DNA of 64,000 bases from Alphaproteobacteria bacterium (GCA_965214495.1 OZ243958.1:22372-86371); one strand, 5' to 3'; numbered from the stretch's first letter, positions 1 through 10,270 are shown. Notes: generated by a model from the letters alone, not told the origin. Made by a program: numbers and translations.

Positions 1-1243
1 GCACGCCGACGCCGATGCAGCCGAAGGGGCCCGGATCGAGCGTCGCCGGCAGGCCGACGCGGGCGAAGCTCAGGAAGTCGCCGCCATCGACGACTACGAT
101 CGCGTCGCTGCCCAGATGGTCGCGAAGCGCGCCAAGCAGGCGGTTGGGGTGCATCCGTCCGTCGCTACCGGCAGGTGCGTCCGCCATTGCCTGGCGCAGC
201 CTGTTCGCCCGCTCCCGGTGCCCACGCCGCAGTTGCGCGAGCCAGTCGCCGTCGATCGCGGGCGCCCGGTTCCCGGCGGCAGCGACGATGGCGGCGAGCG
301 CCGGCGCCGCGCTGGCCAGAATCTCGACCGCCCCGCGGCGGTTGTCGCGCAATTCTCCTGCCGTGTCGGCGATGCGGACGAACCGCGCGTTGCCGAAAAC
401 CGCTGGGGAGCCATAGGCGAGCTGGTAATCCAGGCGCCGACCGACCGTGATCACCAGATCCGCGCTGCGCATCGCCGCGCCGCGCATGGCGGCAACCGAC
501 GACGGGTGATCGTCGGGCACGAGACCGCGGCTTTCGCCGGTATCAAGACAGGCGCAACCGAGCCGGTCGAGGAACGCGCGCAATTCCGGCCCCGCGCCGC
601 GCGCCCCGCGCCCGGAGATCGCCAGCGGCCGCCGCGCTGACCAGATCAGATCGACCGCGCGGGCCACCGCCTCGGGGTCGGGATAGAGTCGCGGCTGCGC
701 CCCGGCCGCCAGATGCTCCGAGCGGTGCATCGCTGCGGGCGCCGTGGCGCGCAGCACATCGGTCGGAAATTGGACGAATGCCGGTCCCGGCTCGCCGCCC
801 TCGCCGAATGCGCACGCCACTGCCTCGTCGAGTGCCTGTGCCGCCAGCGCCGGGTCGCGCACCGTTCGCGCATATCGCGCGATCGAACCGATCAGCGCGA
901 GATGGTCGATATCCTGTAGCGCGCCGCGGTCCTCTTGCGGAGTCGGCGGTGTGCCCGACAGCACGAGCACGGGCGCGCGCGAGGCGTGCGCATTGGCGAT
1001 GCCTGTCACCGCGTTGGTCGCGCCGGGGCCCGCCGTGACCATGGCAACGCCGAGGCCGCCGGTGATTTCCGCGTGCGCCTGCGCCATATGCACCGCGGCG
1101 CGTTCGTCGCGAACGTCGACGATGGCGATGCCGGCGGCGTCGGCGGCCATCCAGATCGGCATGATATGACCGCCACACAGCGCGAAGATCCGTTCGACGC
1201 CGCGCGCCGCGAGAAGCGCAGCGACCGTTTCTGCGGTGGTCAT
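1..1243 (-). CDS. Thiamine-pyrophosphate-binding enzyme (acetolactate synthase-like), 3' end outside window
   Basis: Manual translation from ATG 1243: MTTAETVAALLAARGVERIFALCGGHIMPIW...VDVRDERAAVHMAQAHA...TAGPGATNAVTGIANA; C-terminal VVDGGDFLSFAR...DPGPFGCIGVGV; ATGA overlap with upstream gene. Confidence 0.9.
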   Translation of the reverse strand, partial: MTTAETVAALLAARGVERIFALCGGHIMPIWMAADAAGIAIVDVRDERAAVHMAQAHAEITGGLGVAMVTAGPGATNAVTGIANAHASRAPVLVLSGTPPTPQEDRGALQDIDHLALIGSIARYARTVRDPALAAQALDEAVACAFGEGGEPGPAFVQFPTDVLRATAPAAMHRSEHLAAGAQPRLYPDPEAVARAVDLIWSARRPLAISGRGARGAGPELRAFLDRLGCACLDTGESRGLVPDDHPSSVAAMRGAAMRSADLVITVGRRLDYQLAYGSPAVFGNARFVRIADTAGELRDNRRGAVEILASAAPALAAIVAAAGNRAPAIDGDWLAQLRRGHRERANRLRQAMADAPAGSDGRMHPNRLLGALRDHLGSDAIVVVDGGDFLSFARVGLPATLDPGPFGCIGVGV

Positions 1244-2178
1244 GCCGCCAGCGGCGCCACCTCGCCGGCGAACCGGTCGATCCGCGCCAGATTGTCGGGG
1301 AGATCGTCGCTCTCGAACCCTACGATCAGATGATTCAGCCCGGCGTCGCGCCAGGCTCGCGCGTCGGCGGCGATCTCGGTTGCGGCGCCGGTGAACGGCC
1401 GCGCGCGCTTGCCGCCGAGGGCATACCAGGGCACGAACAGGCCGGTGTCGAGCGCCGACGGGTCGCGGCCGGCATCGGCGGCGTAGCGGCGAATCTCGGC
1501 CAGCGCCGCCGCGTAACTCTCCGGCGTCGTCAGCGGGACGCGCGGATTGGCGATCACCGGATACCAGCCGTCACCGAGGATTCCGGCGCGGCGTCTTGCG
1601 GGTCCGCCCTCGCCGCCGACCCAGATCGGCGGATGCGGGCGCTGCACCGGTTTGGGAGCGAACAGAATATCGTCGAAGGCGATGAACTCGCCCTCGAAGC
1701 GTGGCCGGGCCTGGGTCCACAAGGTACGGAAGGCGGCGATATACTCTTCCGAGGCCTGCGCGCGACGGGCATAAGGCGGCGCGCCGAGCGCCGCCATCTC
1801 CTCGGCCATCCAGCCGATACCGACCCCCACGGTCAGCCGCCCGTTCGAGAGAACGTCTGCGGTCGCCAACATCTTGGCCGCGAGCACCGGCGCTCGATGG
1901 GGCAACACCATGACCGAGGTGAGCAGGCGTATGCGCTCGGTGACGGCGGCGACATGCGCGATCGTCATCAGTTGCTCCAGGCACGCGCCGGTGTCGGCGG
2001 CCGGCCAGACGCCGCTGTCGCTGTAGGGATAGCGCGAATCGACCGTGCCGGTGACGACCACGTGGTCGTTGAAGCCGAGCGTGGCGAGACCGGCCGCCTC
2101 GGCGCGGCGGGCGATTACCTGCAACCCCTCCGGCGTCGCGGCGGCCCCGCGAGTCCCGACGTGCAGTCCGAAATCCAT
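1240..2178 (-). CDS. LLM-class (probably F420-dependent) oxidoreductase
   Basis: GFNDHVVV, IRLLTSVMVLPHRAPVLAAKMLATADVLSNGRLTVGVGIGW, PKPVQRPHPPIWVGG; start MDFGLHV. Confidence 0.9.
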   Translation of the reverse strand: MDFGLHVGTRGAAATPEGLQVIARRAEAAGLATLGFNDHVVVTGTVDSRYPYSDSGVWPAADTGACLEQLMTIAHVAAVTERIRLLTSVMVLPHRAPVLAAKMLATADVLSNGRLTVGVGIGWMAEEMAALGAPPYARRAQASEEYIAAFRTLWTQARPRFEGEFIAFDDILFAPKPVQRPHPPIWVGGEGGPARRRAGILGDGWYPVIANPRVPLTTPESYAAALAEIRRYAADAGRDPSALDTGLFVPWYALGGKRARPFTGAATEIAADARAWRDAGLNHLIVGFESDDLPDNLARIDRFAGEVAPLAA

Positions 2179-2397
2179 CTTTGCCTCTCCTATCGACTCC
2201 CGCCGGGCCGCTACAACCGACCGGATTACCGCGATCTCGCCACACCGCACCGGGCCAAACCATTGTTGTGGACGTGATCCACGTCAACGCCCGTCATCTC
2301 GCTCGCACCACGGCCAGGATTTCGAGCGTATCGAGGGGGAGAACGGGGCAGGCGCACGACGGAAAACGGAATGCAGGACGAGAACCGCCGTTGCCGA

Positions 2398-3181
2398 TCA
2401 AGAAACCCTGATGGCGGAAACGACCACCGGAGACGGTTCGTGACTTGCCAAAAATCGAACCCGGCCCGTTTCAGGATTTGACGACACTCTTTGACCGTAG
2501 AGGCACCCTGTCGCTCGAACCCGGCGTCGATGCCGATACGCCGACACTGGCGGAGTATCTTCGGCGCACCCAGCAGAACTTCCGGCTCCGCCCCCTCCGC
2601 ATCTATCTTTATCGCACGCACTGCCCCCCCCCCCCGATACGTTCCACGACGATACTATCGAGCGTCTCCGCATCGAGCGAGATCGGCTTGGTCGAGTGCT
2701 TGAGAGAGGGGAAGATCGACCCATCCGCGTTCGTCGGTTCCGAGTAGAAGGTCACACTTCTTTGCCGATCGAGGCTCACTCTCGTGTCGATCAGCCACTT
2801 GCGCCCGGGCGGGGCATGACGCAACAGGTTCTTCGCCAAACAGCGAGCGGCCATGGGATCGGGTTCGATGGCGAGGACATTGAAGCCTTTACGTAATACA
2901 TGAAGCGCCCACTCGCCCATGTATGCGCCAACATCGATCACCCACTCACCTTCGTTTGCCGGGCGAAGATCATGCAGCCCATAGCGACGTGCGACCGCAT
3001 CCAATCGTGCATCGACACCGTGATGATACATGCGCCAGCGGCGGCGCCCCGGTGCAAGCATGATCGTGCGTTCGACTTCTATTGAAAACATATTTCCATT
3101 TCTTTTCACGCGGACTGGCTTCCGCTTTGAAAACATAAAGGAAAGAAGGAGATTCAATATCTGCTGGAAGCGCTCGATCAT
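2398..3181 (-). pseudogene. FkbM-family methyltransferase, frameshifted at a G12 tract (and probably again at a T5 tract)
   Basis: VIDVGAYMGEW and AIEPDP in ORF 2609-3181; IKIDAEGAEPEVLLGA continues in another frame after the C12 run at 2624-2635; more AT-rich than flanks. Confidence 0.8.
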
Positions 3182-3201
3182 GGAGAATTACTCATCCTCT
3201 A

Positions 3202-3765
3202 TTATCGATTTCCGCCAGGTCGCCACAACCGGTCGATACGGCCGCCGTCGTTGCACTGCCGAGCCAATACGAAAAGATGATCGGACAAACGGTTGAGATA
3301 GACGAGCGACAGCGGCGCGATCTCTTCCTGTCCGGCGAGGGCGGCGACCAGTCGTTCGGCGCGGCGCGCCACCGTGCGCGCGGCGTGCAGATGGGCCGCC
3401 GCCGCCGTTCCGCCCGGCAGGATGAACGAACTCAGCGGCGCGAGCGTTTCGTTCATCGAGTCGATCTCGGTTTCGAGGCGGTCGATTTGCGCCTGCGCGA
3501 CACGCAGGGCGCCGGCGCCGCGTCGTCCGCCGGGCGGGACGCAGAGATCGGCGCCGAGGTCGAACAGGTCGTTCTGAATGCGCGCCAGCATCTCGTCCGC
3601 CGCGCCGCTCGTGTGCAGGCGCGCGAGGCCGATCGCGGCGTTGGTCTCATCGACGGTTCCGAACGCTTCGACCCGAGGGCTGTGCTTGGCGACCCGGCCG
3701 CCGTCGCCGAGCGACGTCTGGCCGGAATCGCCGCCGCGTGTGTAGATCCTGTCGAGCTTGACCAT
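3202..3765 (-). CDS. pduO: Cob(I)alamin adenosyltransferase (PduO type)
   Basis: MVKLDRIYTRGGDSGQTSL, EAFGTVDETNA, FILPGG, ARTVARRAER, YLNRLSDHLF. Confidence 0.93.
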   Translation of the reverse strand: MVKLDRIYTRGGDSGQTSLGDGGRVAKHSPRVEAFGTVDETNAAIGLARLHTSGAADEMLARIQNDLFDLGADLCVPPGGRRGAGALRVAQAQIDRLETEIDSMNETLAPLSSFILPGGTAAAAHLHAARTVARRAERLVAALAGQEEIAPLSLVYLNRLSDHLFVLARQCNDGGRIDRLWRPGGNR

Positions 3766-3775
3766 TCCGGCGGCG

Positions 3776-5047
3776 CTACGGTCTGTGGAACGGGACCACG
3801 TAGGGGCCTTCGGGAACGAACGCAACATGCGGGTCTCCCGCTGCCGCGACGCTTCGTGCGACCGCGTCTTCCAGCGAATCGACCATCGTCACGCCGGTCA
3901 GCGCGCGTTCTTCCTCCGCAAGTCCGTCCGAGTAGAGAAACACCTCGCCACGCCGCATCGGCCTGATCTGCATTTCGCTCTGCCATTCGTCGATATCTGC
4001 ACGGCGTTTGGCGAGCAGACTGTCGCGGAAGGCGTGCGGGCCGAGTGCGATCAGTCGCTGCTGCGCGTTCGCGAATTCGGGCGAGCCGATCCCTTCCGAG
4101 CAGGCCGAGGCGACGATCAGCCGCCCGCCGGGTTCGAGAATGTCGAGTGGTGCGACCATACCCTTGATCGTCTGGTAGTAGGTGGAATCGAGTGGATAAC
4201 CCGCGGCGCTGGTGACCACGGTCGCGAAGCGGCGGGGAACGGCGACCTCGGCGTAGCGGTGAACAAAGGCCACGGCATCGAGATGGCTGGCGACGATTTC
4301 GCCGAAATTGACGAAGGACAACTGTCTTTCCTCGTCGATCACGGTGTTAAGCGCCCATGCGCCGCCGATCATCGCGACGATTTCGAGCTGGTCTTCGTGG
4401 AGCGGATTGCCGTCGAGCACGCAGTTGACGGCGTTCGCGTCTTCCATGTAGCGCGCGCTGTGGAAAGTGGCGATGGTCTCGGCGTGCGCCAGCCCGGGCG
4501 CGATCACCTTGCGCCCGCCCGACCAGCCGGCCATGAAGTGCGGCTCGACGAGACCGGTGACGATACGCAGGTCGGCTTCCACGAAACGACGGTCGAGACG
4601 CACGGTGTTGCCGCGCCCGGTGGTTCCGACATAAATGTGATCGGCATCGTCGCGCGCGAAATGATTGACCACGCGTACCGTGTCGAGCACCCACGGATCG
4701 CCGACCACCGCGCGCAATTCCGCACCTTCGTTCGGCCGGTGCAAACCGGTGGCGACGATCACGGTGATGGCGTCCGCCGGCAATCCGGCGTCGAGCAGGG
4801 CGCGGATCAGAACCGGCAGCAGAACGCCGTTCGGCACCGGCCGCGTCACGTCGCAGATGGCGATGCAGGCCGAGCGTGCGCCTGCCGCGCACGCCGCCAG
4901 CCCCGACCGCGCCAGCGCCGCCGCCACCGCGTCCGCAGGTGCTTCGAGCACCGGCATCCGGGGTTTGCGGACCACCGTCGCGCACCACTCGTCGGCCAAG
5001 CGCACCGCGACCTCGCCGCGGCCATACAGCAACCCGACCTCTGTCAT
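3776..5047 (-). CDS. larA: Nickel-pincer-dependent lactate racemase family protein
   Basis: CDVTRPVPN, ATGLHR, VEPHFMAGWSGGRK, YQTIKG motifs; downstream of larB/E/C. Confidence 0.88.
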   Translation of the reverse strand: MTEVGLLYGRGEVAVRLADEWCATVVRKPRMPVLEAPADAVAAALARSGLAACAAGARSACIAICDVTRPVPNGVLLPVLIRALLDAGLPADAITVIVATGLHRPNEGAELRAVVGDPWVLDTVRVVNHFARDDADHIYVGTTGRGNTVRLDRRFVEADLRIVTGLVEPHFMAGWSGGRKVIAPGLAHAETIATFHSARYMEDANAVNCVLDGNPLHEDQLEIVAMIGGAWALNTVIDEERQLSFVNFGEIVASHLDAVAFVHRYAEVAVPRRFATVVTSAAGYPLDSTYYQTIKGMVAPLDILEPGGRLIVASACSEGIGSPEFANAQQRLIALGPHAFRDSLLAKRRADIDEWQSEMQIRPMRRGEVFLYSDGLAEEERALTGVTMVDSLEDAVARSVAAAGDPHVAFVPEGPYVVPFHRP

Positions 5048-5120
5048 GCGCCAACCTCTCCAGCTCGCAACAGGAACGCAGTGTTCAGAGTTCGCTCCCA
5101 TGCCGCCATCGGCGCCGTGT

Positions 5121-5198
5121 GATCGCTTCATTCTCCCGCTCCGTGTTGCGCCGCCGCGGCGCGGACACCAGCGTCGCATCGACGATCTGGCCGCCCAT
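5121..5198 (-). mobile_element. Tiny IS5-family transposase remnant
   Basis: Intergenic larB-larA sequence translates to MGGQIVDATLVSAPRRRNTERENEAI, resembling the first DDE motif region of IS5-group transposases. Confidence 0.6.
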
Positions 5199-5869
5199 CA
5201 TCCCACCGGCCCCGTCCGGAGAATACGCAGCGCTGCGCAGGCTGCGCCGTAGCCGTTGTCGATGTTGACCGCGACCACTCCGGGGCTGCAGCTCGCTAGA
5301 ATGCTGTGCAGCGCCGCCGCGCCGCCGGCCGCAACGCCATAGCCCGTGCTGCACGGCACAGCTACGATCGGGCACGACACCAGGCCGGCGACGACGCTGA
5401 CCAGCGCCGCATCCATGCCGGCAACCACGATCAGCACCCGCATCGCGCGCAACCGCTCGACCTGATCCAGCAGGCGCCACAGCCCGGCGACCCCCACGTC
5501 GAGCACCGTCTCGGTCGCGACCCCGGCAAAGGCGAGCGTGCGCGCCGCCTCGCGCGCCGGCGGCGCGTCCGAGGTTCCCGCACCCACCACCGCCACCACC
5601 GCCGGCCCCTCGACCGCGACCGGCGCGCCGAAGAACCCGGTGCGCGAGACCGGATCGTAATCGATCGCCGCCCGCCACGGAGCGGCGAGGGCGGCGAGAG
5701 CGTCCGCTTCGAGTCGGGTCAGGAGAATGGCGCGCCCGGCGTCGCGAACTTCCGACAGGATGGTTTCGATCTGGGTCGTGGTCTTGCGGCTGCACAACAC
5801 CGCTTCGTCGATGCCGATGCGCGCGCCCCGCTTCAGGTCGAGACGAACCTCAGGCGCCTCGCTGCTCAT
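5198..5869 (-). CDS. larB: Nickel pincer cofactor biosynthesis protein LarB
   Basis: AGTSD, DVGVAGLWRL, VVAGMDAALVSVVAGL, STGYG, VNIDNGYGAA. Confidence 0.92.
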   Translation of the reverse strand: MSSEAPEVRLDLKRGARIGIDEAVLCSRKTTTQIETILSEVRDAGRAILLTRLEADALAALAAPWRAAIDYDPVSRTGFFGAPVAVEGPAVVAVVGAGTSDAPPAREAARTLAFAGVATETVLDVGVAGLWRLLDQVERLRAMRVLIVVAGMDAALVSVVAGLVSCPIVAVPCSTGYGVAAGGAAALHSILASCSPGVVAVNIDNGYGAACAALRILRTGPVG

Positions 5870-6681
5870 CGCGGGTGAGGATGGAGAAACGCGCTGCCGC
5901 GGCGATAGGCTTCGAAGCGAACAGGCGCCGCTGCGCCGTCGAAGCCGGCGCGCGCGAACATCGCAGCGACGGCGGCCGACAGGCGCGCCCGGTCTTCCAG
6001 CGCCAGGCCGTCGAGAGCCGCGGCGTCGAGTTCGACCGCGACGCCGCCCGCGCGCACACGGCAGCGCACGGTCCTTGCACCAAGCCGACGACGAACGTGA
6101 CGCTCGGCCGCGTCGATCGCCCCGAGAACGTCCCCCTCGATGGCGATGCCGGTCTCGACCCGGCTCGACAGGCATGGCGATCCGGGCAGGTCAGCTACGT
6201 CATCGAGCCCCAGCGTTCGCGCGATCCGGCGCACTTCCGCCTTGTCGATCCCGGCCTCGATCCAGGGATGACGCACCTGCCACTCGCGGGCGGCGTCGAG
6301 CCCGGGCCGATAGTCGCCCAGATCGTCGAGATTGGCGCCGGAGACGATGACCGCGCCGGCGCGTGCGTCGACGGCGCGATACAGGTTCGTCTTGCAGAAA
6401 TAGCAGCGGTTGGCCGGGTTCCGGAGATAGTCGGGGTCGGAGAACTCGCCCGCCTCGACGACGTCCAGCGCCCAGCCGTCGTGGTCGGCGCGCTGGCGGA
6501 CTCGCGCGGTCGCCGTCGCCGGCACTGCGGGCGATACGGCGTGAACCATCCGGGTCGTTCGCGGATCGCGGGCGTGGGCGAGCGCCGCGAGGGTCATGCT
6601 GTCCACCCCGCCGCTGACCGCCACCGTGAGCGGCCCGATCGCCTCCAGCACGTCACCGATCCGTTCAATCGCCGCCGTCAC
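5866..6681 (-). CDS. larE: ATP-dependent sulfur transferase LarE
   Basis: PP-loop SGGVDS, NPANRCYFCK, GANLDDLGDYRPG, SPCLSSR; GTG start approximate. Confidence 0.9.
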   Translation of the reverse strand: MTAAIERIGDVLEAIGPLTVAVSGGVDSMTLAALAHARDPRTTRMVHAVSPAVPATATARVRQRADHDGWALDVVEAGEFSDPDYLRNPANRCYFCKTNLYRAVDARAGAVIVSGANLDDLGDYRPGLDAAREWQVRHPWIEAGIDKAEVRRIARTLGLDDVADLPGSPCLSSRVETGIAIEGDVLGAIDAAERHVRRRLGARTVRCRVRAGGVAVELDAAALDGLALEDRARLSAAVAAMFARAGFDGAAAPVRFEAYRRGSAFLHPHPR

Positions 6682-7858
6682 GTTCCCCGTCCGTAAGCGC
6701 CTGGCGCTCCGCCTCGCCGCGCCGTTCGGCGCGCGCGCCGTGGCCGTCGGCCGCTTCGACATCGGCGATTTCGGTCTTCGCCGTGCGCCGGCCGCCGGGG
6801 CGCGCCGCCACCTTTACCCGAACCGCACCGCAAAGGCTATCGACGCGCATCGTATCCCGGTCGAGGACCAGTCGATCGACGAGTTGGCGACGCAGGCCGA
6901 GCGTCGTCGTTTCGACGAAGCAGCGTTCGGCGACCGCATCCGCCGCTTCGGGCCGCGCGAGCAACTCGACACGCGCGGCCAGCCGACCGTTCTTGCCGAT
7001 CAACGGATGCTGCACGACGTCGATGACGCCGGGCGCGGCGCGCAGCCGCTCCAGCGCGACGGCGAGATCTTCCGGCGTCTGATCGTCGATATCGAAGCTT
7101 AGCTGCGCCACACGGTCGGCCGACATCGACTCCGCGGCATCGCGGTAGAGCGAAATGCGCAGCACATTGCTGCGACCGACCAGTTTGCGTGAGCCGAAGC
7201 CGTGGCCCGAGGCGATCAAACGCCGCGGTGTGGGGTCGGGTGCCTGCGACGGCGCCACGTGGCGCAGAATCGCGGCGCCGGTCGGTGTGACTCGTTCGCC
7301 TTCGAGACCGTCATCGATCAGGACCCAGTTCTCCAGCAGCGTGAGGACCGCCGGCGCGGGCAGCGGTAGAGCGCCGTGAGCGGTTTCGACCTCGCCGCGA
7401 CCGCGCGGCAGCGCGCCGCACGACCAGCTCGACGCGCCGAGAGCGTGGATAGCGGCCGCAGCGGCGGTGAAATCCACCAGCGTGTCCCATCCGCCGAGTT
7501 CGTGAAACCTGACCTCGGCGACCGGCACGTCGTGCACGGCGGCTTCAGCCGCGGCCACGATACGCAGCATGTCCCGCGCCCGCCTGCGCACCGGCTCCGC
7601 GAGACGCGCCTCGGCGAGCTTCGCGTCGAGCGTCGATACGGCCGTCGCGTGCGCCGGCTCCGGCCCCGAGACGATGAAACGGCGCCCGGCGAGAACCCCG
7701 TCATCGTGCGGCCGGAATTGGTGGGCGATCCCGGGCGGCAGGTCAAGCGCGGCGAGTGCGGCGCGGACAGGTTCCGCCAGTGTCGGGCGGGCATCGACCA
7801 GCGCGGCGGCGAACATGTCGCCGGCAACGCCGCCCGGCGCGTCGAGATGAACGTGCAT
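6665..7858 (-). CDS. larC: Nickel insertion protein LarC
   Basis: GGVAGDMF, FHELGGWDTLVD, AHGALPLPAPA, ERVTPTGAAIL, ETTTLGLR. Confidence 0.92.
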   Translation of the reverse strand: MHVHLDAPGGVAGDMFAAALVDARPTLAEPVRAALAALDLPPGIAHQFRPHDDGVLAGRRFIVSGPEPAHATAVSTLDAKLAEARLAEPVRRRARDMLRIVAAAEAAVHDVPVAEVRFHELGGWDTLVDFTAAAAAIHALGASSWSCGALPRGRGEVETAHGALPLPAPAVLTLLENWVLIDDGLEGERVTPTGAAILRHVAPSQAPDPTPRRLIASGHGFGSRKLVGRSNVLRISLYRDAAESMSADRVAQLSFDIDDQTPEDLAVALERLRAAPGVIDVVQHPLIGKNGRLAARVELLARPEAADAVAERCFVETTTLGLRRQLVDRLVLDRDTMRVDSLCGAVRVKVAARPGGRRTAKTEIADVEAADGHGARAERRGEAERQALTDGERDGGD

Positions 7859-7861
7859 TCC

Positions 7862-8857
7862 TCAGACCGGATCGCGCGGGACCAGCGCTGCGGCGGCGCG
7901 CAGAACCTCCGCCCCGGCGCCCGCCCGAGGCGCGTGCCGGCTCAGATGCCGCCGCCACGCGCGCCCGCCCCGGCGGCCGCGAAACAACCCCAGCATATGC
8001 CGGGCGATGCTCTTCATGGGCACCCCCCGCCGGCCCTCGCGCGCAACGTAAGGCGTCATGGCGGCGACGATCTCGTGGCGACCCGGCGGTGCCGCATCGT
8101 CTGCGAAGATCGCGCGGTCGGCGTCCGCCAGCATGTAGGGGTCCTCATACGCCGCCCGGCCGATCATCACCCCATCGACATGGCGCAGATGCACCTGCGC
8201 TTCCGCCAGGCTCGCGACGCCGCCGTTGATCACGATTTCAAGCGCCGGATAGTCGCGCTTCAGCCGATAGACGCGGCCGTGGTCGAGCGGCGGGATTTGT
8301 CGATTCTGCTTCGGGCTGAGACCGGTCAGAATCGCCTTGCGTGCGTGGACGATGAAGGTCCCGCAGCCGGCAGCGGCGACCGTTTCCGCGAACCGCCGCA
8401 GGAAGTCGTAATCGTCGCGGTCGTCGATGCCGATGCGCGTCTTCACGGTCACCGGCAACCCGGACTCGCCGGCCATCGCACGCACGCAGGCGCCGACCAG
8501 CGCCGGCTCGGCCATCAGGCACGCACCGAAGCGCCGATCCTGCACCCGCGCGCTGGGGCAGCCCACATTGAGATTCACTTCGTCGTAGCTCCAGGCCGCC
8601 GCGAGTGCCGCCGCACGCCCCAGATCGTCGGGGTCGCCGCCGCCGAGTTGCAGGGCGACCGGATGCTCGGCCGGGTCGAAGCGCAGATGGCGCGCCGCGT
8701 CGCCGTGCAGCAGCGCACCGGTCGGGATCATCTCGCTGTAGAGCAGCGTGCGGCGAGTCAGTTGGCGCAGGAAGAACCGGTCGTGGCGGTCGGTCCGCGC
8801 CATCATCGGCGCCACGCAGAGGCGGTGATCGAGGGCGAGGCCGTTTTCGGGGAGCAT
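7862..8857 (-). CDS. dusA: tRNA-dihydrouridine(20/20a) synthase
   Basis: VAPMMARTDRH, EHPVALQLGG, NLNVGCPSARVQ, HARKAILTGLSPKQNR; start approximate. Confidence 0.93.
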   Translation of the reverse strand: MLPENGLALDHRLCVAPMMARTDRHDRFFLRQLTRRTLLYSEMIPTGALLHGDAARHLRFDPAEHPVALQLGGGDPDDLGRAAALAAAWSYDEVNLNVGCPSARVQDRRFGACLMAEPALVGACVRAMAGESGLPVTVKTRIGIDDRDDYDFLRRFAETVAAAGCGTFIVHARKAILTGLSPKQNRQIPPLDHGRVYRLKRDYPALEIVINGGVASLAEAQVHLRHVDGVMIGRAAYEDPYMLADADRAIFADDAAPPGRHEIVAAMTPYVAREGRRGVPMKSIARHMLGLFRGRRGGRAWRRHLSRHAPRAGAGAEVLRAAAALVPRDPV

Positions 8858-8900
8858 TCTTTCGGAATGCGCACGATTGCCGTCCCGCCGTTCCGAGTGC

Positions 8901-9584
8901 TTATGCGCCACGGGTTTCGTTTCCCCAGAGCGTCCATCCCTTCGCCTTCTCGCCGCGGGCGAAGAGCTCGATCTTGCGCAGGGACGGAAACATGTCCTCG
9001 ATTCGCCGCCGCACTTCCTCCGGCTTTCGCGAATGCACCGCTCGCCGGGCGCTCACAAGCTGCCGCACGTTACGCGCTCCCCTCGGTCCCGGTATCTTGC
9101 CGCGCTTGAAAGCGAGGCAGAGTTCGCACTGGCTCATCGTATAGAAACCCGGATTGACCCGCTTCTTGTCCCAGACGAAGGCCACGGTAGCCCATTTGAA
9201 TCCCCAAGCCTTGCCCAGGTCGATGGCCTGATCCAGATGCGGGTTGGTGGACCAGAGAAACAGGAGACAGTTTTCAGCGGCGATCTCGTCGACTTTTAGT
9301 TGCTTGAGTTCTCCGAGTGGAACGGTGCGGTAGTGGCGAATCGCGCCTCCGGTGTCTTTGCTTCCCTCGCCCGCATGTTGCAGTTGGCCCTTGTAGTCCC
9401 ACGGCGGATCGGCGTAGATGATGTCGAAATGCTGCCCGGGCAGAGCGGGGAAACGGACCGACAGGCCCGGTTTCGGACCTCTCGACTCGTCATTCACATG
9501 CCCGGCGCCTCCGGCCCCGGTCATCGATCGCATACCGGGACGGCGAATCGGCCATTCCGAATCATTGCGTCCGACCGTCGTCAC
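8901..9584 (-). CDS. MT-A70-family adenine methyltransferase (orphan)
   Basis: IIYADPPW, LFLWSTNPHL, FVWDK, HSRKPEEV, KIELFAR; start uncertain. Confidence 0.88.
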   Translation of the reverse strand: MTTVGRNDSEWPIRRPGMRSMTGAGGAGHVNDESRGPKPGLSVRFPALPGQHFDIIYADPPWDYKGQLQHAGEGSKDTGGAIRHYRTVPLGELKQLKVDEIAAENCLLFLWSTNPHLDQAIDLGKAWGFKWATVAFVWDKKRVNPGFYTMSQCELCLAFKRGKIPGPRGARNVRQLVSARRAVHSRKPEEVRRRIEDMFPSLRKIELFARGEKAKGWTLWGNETRGA

Positions 9585-10270
9585 GTCGGCGGGCAGGTCG
9601 TGCCGGAAACCCGTCCGTCGCGATACAGACTGACCTCGCCGCGCTCGATGACGTAGAGGCGGTCGAGCAGATCCGCCGAATGGGTGGAATCGGATTCCGA
9701 CAGCAGGATCGAAAGACCGCGGTTCTTGAGTTCCGACAAGACTTCGGCGAGACGCGCGGCGAGCGCTGGAGCGACGCCTTCGAACGGCTCGTCGAGCAAC
9801 ACCAGCTCGTTGCCGGCCATCAGGGCGCGGGCCAGCGCCACCAGTTTCTGTTGGCCCCCGGATAGTTGCAGCGCCCGCCGGTCGGCGAACCCCGCGACTT
9901 CGGGCATGAGCTCGTGGATGGTTTCGAGCCGCGCCGCGACATCGGCCCGCTGCGTTGCCCAGGCCGGCATGAGAATGTTCTCACGCACCAGGAGGCGGGG
10001 AACGAGGCGCCGGTCTTCGGGCATGTAGCCGATGCCGAGGCCGGCGCGCCTGTGCGCGGCCAGACGCGCGAGATCGGTCTCGCCGAAGAGGATGGCGCCG
10101 GCGCGGATGCGGACCAGACCCATGACCGCGCGCATGAAGGTGGTCTTGCCGGCGCCGTTGCGCCCCATCAGGCCGCACAGGCTGCCGCGGGGAACTTTCA
10201 GCGACACGCCTTCGAGAATCGTCGCCCCCGCGATCGAGACGCCGAGTCCGGTAACCGTCAACGCCGCCAT
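9581..10270 (-). CDS. Branched-chain amino acid-type ABC transporter ATP-binding protein (LivF-like)
   Basis: GRNGAGKTT, YMPEDRR, LSGGQQK, LLDEP. Confidence 0.9.
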   Translation of the reverse strand: MAALTVTGLGVSIAGATILEGVSLKVPRGSLCGLMGRNGAGKTTFMRAVMGLVRIRAGAILFGETDLARLAAHRRAGLGIGYMPEDRRLVPRLLVRENILMPAWATQRADVAARLETIHELMPEVAGFADRRALQLSGGQQKLVALARALMAGNELVLLDEPFEGVAPALAARLAEVLSELKNRGLSILLSESDSTHSADLLDRLYVIERGEVSLYRDGRVSGTTCPPT

